From an uncultured Anaerolineales bacterium (GTDB lineage Bacteria; Chloroflexota; Anaerolineae; Epilineales; Epilineaceae), in contig CAZCJG010000003.1 of the NCBI GenBank assembly GCA_964498575.1, positions 1-33,714 on the forward strand: a DNA stretch of 33,714 bases. Reading direction: 5' to 3'. Position 1 is the first letter of the stretch, and each line of letters begins with the position of its first letter. The translations under genes were made by a program, and so were the position numbers. Shown here in pieces: positions 32,846-33,714 of the stretch. The notes below the pieces were generated by a model, which was given only the letters and a program-made list of their open reading frames with translations, did not search any database and was not told where the DNA came from.

Positions 32846-33714
32846 GTCGCCGCGCGTGCTTCGCTCGCGCCCACCGCGTGGACATGCTCGGCCAAGCGCT
32901 TGACGTTGTCCACCGGCGTATCCGGCAAGATGCCATGCCCCAGGTTGAAGATGTGCCCCACCCGCCCGCCGGCCCGCGCCAGCACCGCGTCCGCCCGCGC
33001 CCGCAGCGCCTCCCAGGGCGCGGCGAGGGCGACGGGGTCCAGATTGCCCTGAATCGCGACCTCCGGACCCACCCGCGCCCAGCCGCGGTCCAGGTCGACC
33101 CGCCAGTCCAGCCCGATCACATCGCCGCCGGCCGCCGCGAAGTCTTCCAGGAATCCGCCGACGTCGGTGGCAAAGTGGATCACCGGCGCGCCGGCCCGCG
33201 CGGCCAGGGCGAGCGCATGACGACTGTGGGGCAGGACGTAGGTCCGGTAGTCCTCCGGGCTGAGGACGCCGGCCCAACTGTCGAAGAGCTGCACCGCCTG
33301 CGCGCCGGCGCCGACCTGGGCCGCGAGGTAGCGACCGACGCGCTCGGCGAGCTTCTCCATCAGCCGATGCCAGGCGGCGGGATCCGCGGCCATCAGCCCC
33401 TTGGTGCGCTGGAAATGGCGCGAGGCGCCGCCTTCGATCGCGTAGCCGGCAAGAGTGAACGGCGCGCCGGAAAAGCCTATGAGCGGCGTCCGGCCGTCCA
33501 GCTCGGCGCGCATCAGCCGCAGCGCATCGAGCGTGAAGGCCAGGCTCTCCTCGACCGGCGGATCGGCCAGGGCGTCGATGTCCGCCGCCCGGCGCAGGGG
33601 GTTGTGGATCACCGGCCCCTCGCCGCGGACGAAGTCCAACCGCAGGCGCATGCCTTCCAGCAGCGGCAGGATGTCGGCGAAGATGATCGCGGCGTCCAGC
33701 TCGAAGGCGGCGAG
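32842..33714 (-). CDS. hemE: Uroporphyrinogen decarboxylase, 5' end beyond the window
   Basis: The frame is open to the window edge ([28 protein letters not shown]...). It also contains [29 protein letters not shown] and [15 protein letters not shown]. Confidence 0.9.
   Translation of the reverse strand, partial: LAAFELDAAIIFADILPLLEGMRLRLDFVRGEGPVIHNPLRRAADIDALADPPVEESLAFTLDALRLMRAELDGRTPLIGFSGAPFTLAGYAIEGGASRHFQRTKGLMAADPAAWHRLMEKLAERVGRYLAAQVGAGAQAVQLFDSWAGVLSPEDYRTYVLPHSRHALALAARAGAPVIHFATDVGGFLEDFAAAGGDVIGLDWRVDLDRGWARVGPEVAIQGNLDPVALAAPWEALRARADAVLARAGGRVGHIFNLGHGILPDTPVDNVKRLAEHVHAVGASEARAAT

Noticed and set aside
31280-33277. Single 665-aa ORF spanning hemY and part of hemE.
   Set aside because: The first 144 codons are Arg/Gly-rich and overlap hemE, which is clearly coding in another frame. 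The FAD-binding motif begins right after the internal ATG at 32845, which overlaps the hemE stop.
1-33714. Mobile elements, prophage, integrases, toxin-antitoxin pairs and known multi-gene defence systems.
   Set aside because: None of the supported proteins shows transposase, integrase, recombinase, phage structural or canonical defence signatures. Apart from the 5539-5631 inverted repeat, no terminal inverted repeats flank any block.

Overview
This is a 33.7 kb, very GC-rich bacterial chromosomal window (roughly 70% GC by eye). I support 20 protein-coding genes, two of them cut by the window edges. I found no rRNA, tRNA, CRISPR array, integrase or transposase. Many long ORFs in the track are off-frame or antisense artefacts of the GC content, with Arg/Gly/Pro/Ala-rich translations.

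Gene content, left to right:
- Two tandem paralogous giant exported proteins, each with NHL repeats, a VWA domain, a DUF11-like domain and a second VWA domain.
- A convergent M6 (immune inhibitor A-like) metalloprotease.
- A GT-C/GT39-type membrane glycosyltransferase.
- An acyl-CoA synthetase.
- A fusion of a pterin-carbinolamine-dehydratase-like (PCD-like) domain to a glyoxalase-like (VOC) domain.
- Nnr, the NAD(P)HX repair enzyme.
- A type-B carboxylesterase.
- A lower-GC spacer carrying a stand-alone coiled-coil/PD-(D/E)xK-like gene.
- A co-directional minus-strand block: ECF sigma, putative anti-sigma, secreted beta-propeller, Cys-less Crp/Fnr regulator, DUF1858 CxxC protein, lipoprotein-type (clade II-like) nitrous-oxide reductase NosZ.
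- A rhodanese and an isochorismate synthase.
- A secreted four-repeat protein with a Thr/Pro linker.
- A double-LysM protein with a Gly-Tyr-His repeat core.
- hemY and hemE.

Most interesting observations:
1. nosZ has no nos accessory genes in the window. It is tightly coupled to a DUF1858 redox-disulfide gene. A perfect TTGCG-N4-CGCAA palindrome lies 22 nt from a TATTCT -10 element, which is class II Crp/Fnr promoter geometry, and a Crp-family gene sits just upstream.
2. A short [YF]LP (once ILP) motif recurs in five different exported proteins. It is found right after signal peptides, at domain starts, and at two extreme C-termini.
3. Several genes have -10-like hexamers 6-9 nt from the start codon, suggesting leaderless transcripts. 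Other genes have canonical TTGACA-N17-TAACnT promoters.

The taxon cannot be determined from the sequence alone. The features are compatible with a high-GC Chloroflexota/Thermomicrobia-like or Actinomycetota-like organism, but that is inference only.
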